DNA of 63,672 nt, the filler included, from Rhabdomonas costata (lineage: Eukaryota), in NCBI GenBank assembly GCA_019059605.1. It is 48 parts of 48 records of this genome, joined end to end, with 100 filler letters (N's around TTAATTAATTAA, not from the genome) between each part and the next. Parts side by side here need not be neighbours in the genome. Positions count along the whole stretch, not along the records: positions 62,444 to 63,672 come from JAHMHO010022791.1; 47 more parts are not named here. One strand, given 5' to 3'. Every line of letters starts with the position of its first letter. The first letter of the stretch is position 1. Shown piece by piece: positions 63,312-63,672 of the stretch. The position numbers and the translations under genes are program-made. The notes under the pieces are model-generated. The model made no database searches and was not told the origin of the DNA. It worked only from the letters and a program-made list of their open reading frames with translations.

Positions 63312-63672
63312 GTCAGCGAGAAGCGAGACAGTGAACGGAGCGAAGACATCCTGCACGCACACACACATCCACACGCACACGGACACGCACTCGCACACGC
63401 ACACAATCACACCATCCGGCTCCACCTTCGGCATTTTGAAAGGGCAACCTGTGAGGTGACAGTTGTGAGAGATGCCATGAATTTTGCATTCGAATTCGTG
63501 AGGTATGTTGTCTGGGAATTGGTTTGATTACTGCGCGCTGACTGCTCCTCAAAAAGGTGGTCCTCACTCTGGAAAAATGAAGCAGTCGAAACGATTTCGG
63601 TGTTGTCCACTTGACCATCACTCACAATCTCAGCCAAACATCAGTTATTGTTTGATATAATACACAACACCC

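Noticed and set aside
329-63637. Most six-frame ORFs, including extensions ending in X-runs and LIN
   Set aside because: They are short, overlapping, lack motifs, read through introns or run into spacers. Only motif- or splice-supported exons were kept.
1-63672. Gene clusters, operons or defence systems inferred from neighbouring genes (for example PolA with RT, HK with NAD synthetase and transposase)
   Set aside because: Neighbours lie on unrelated size-sorted contigs, so adjacency is arbitrary.
1-63672. tRNA, rRNA, SL RNA or snRNA genes
   Set aside because: None were recognised by eye. An Infernal/tRNAscan search would be needed to exclude them.

Overview
This window is not a contiguous locus. 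It consists of 48 short contigs (about 1225-1239 bp each, apparently size-sorted) joined by 47 identical artificial 100-nt spacers (N44-TTAATTAATTAA-N44), so adjacency between contigs carries no biological information. The DNA is mostly from an intron-rich protist. It shows short exons, GT-AG and apparent GC-AG introns with very weak donor consensus, TTAGGG repeats, a POP-type organellar DNA polymerase, and candidate trans-splice acceptors just upstream of ATGs. A euglenozoan, most likely a euglenid, is my inference and is not proven. Recognisable gene fragments include a CMGC-type kinase, a POP/PolA polymerase, a Gfo/Idh/MocA oxidoreductase, a METTL21-like methyltransferase, ULK4/RUNKEL, a TPR protein, a BIG-type ARF-GEF, a DUF1254 protein, VPS13, a MYND finger, an SDR, a hybrid histidine kinase and glutamine-dependent NAD synthetase. 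Mobile or foreign DNA includes an AT-rich Polinton/Maverick-like pPolB fragment, a DD41D (rosa-type) Tc1/mariner transposon with a short relative on another contig, a decayed CRE-like non-LTR RT, and a MITE-like GTTAAAC/GTTTAAC family. G/T-only 5' ends, C/A-only 3' ends and terminal fold-back inverted repeats indicate whole-genome-amplification artefacts. No complete new multi-gene system can be supported from such fragments. The best leads are the Polinton-like polymerase, the POP with a degenerate TGRLS motif, the DD41D element family and the splice-site architecture.
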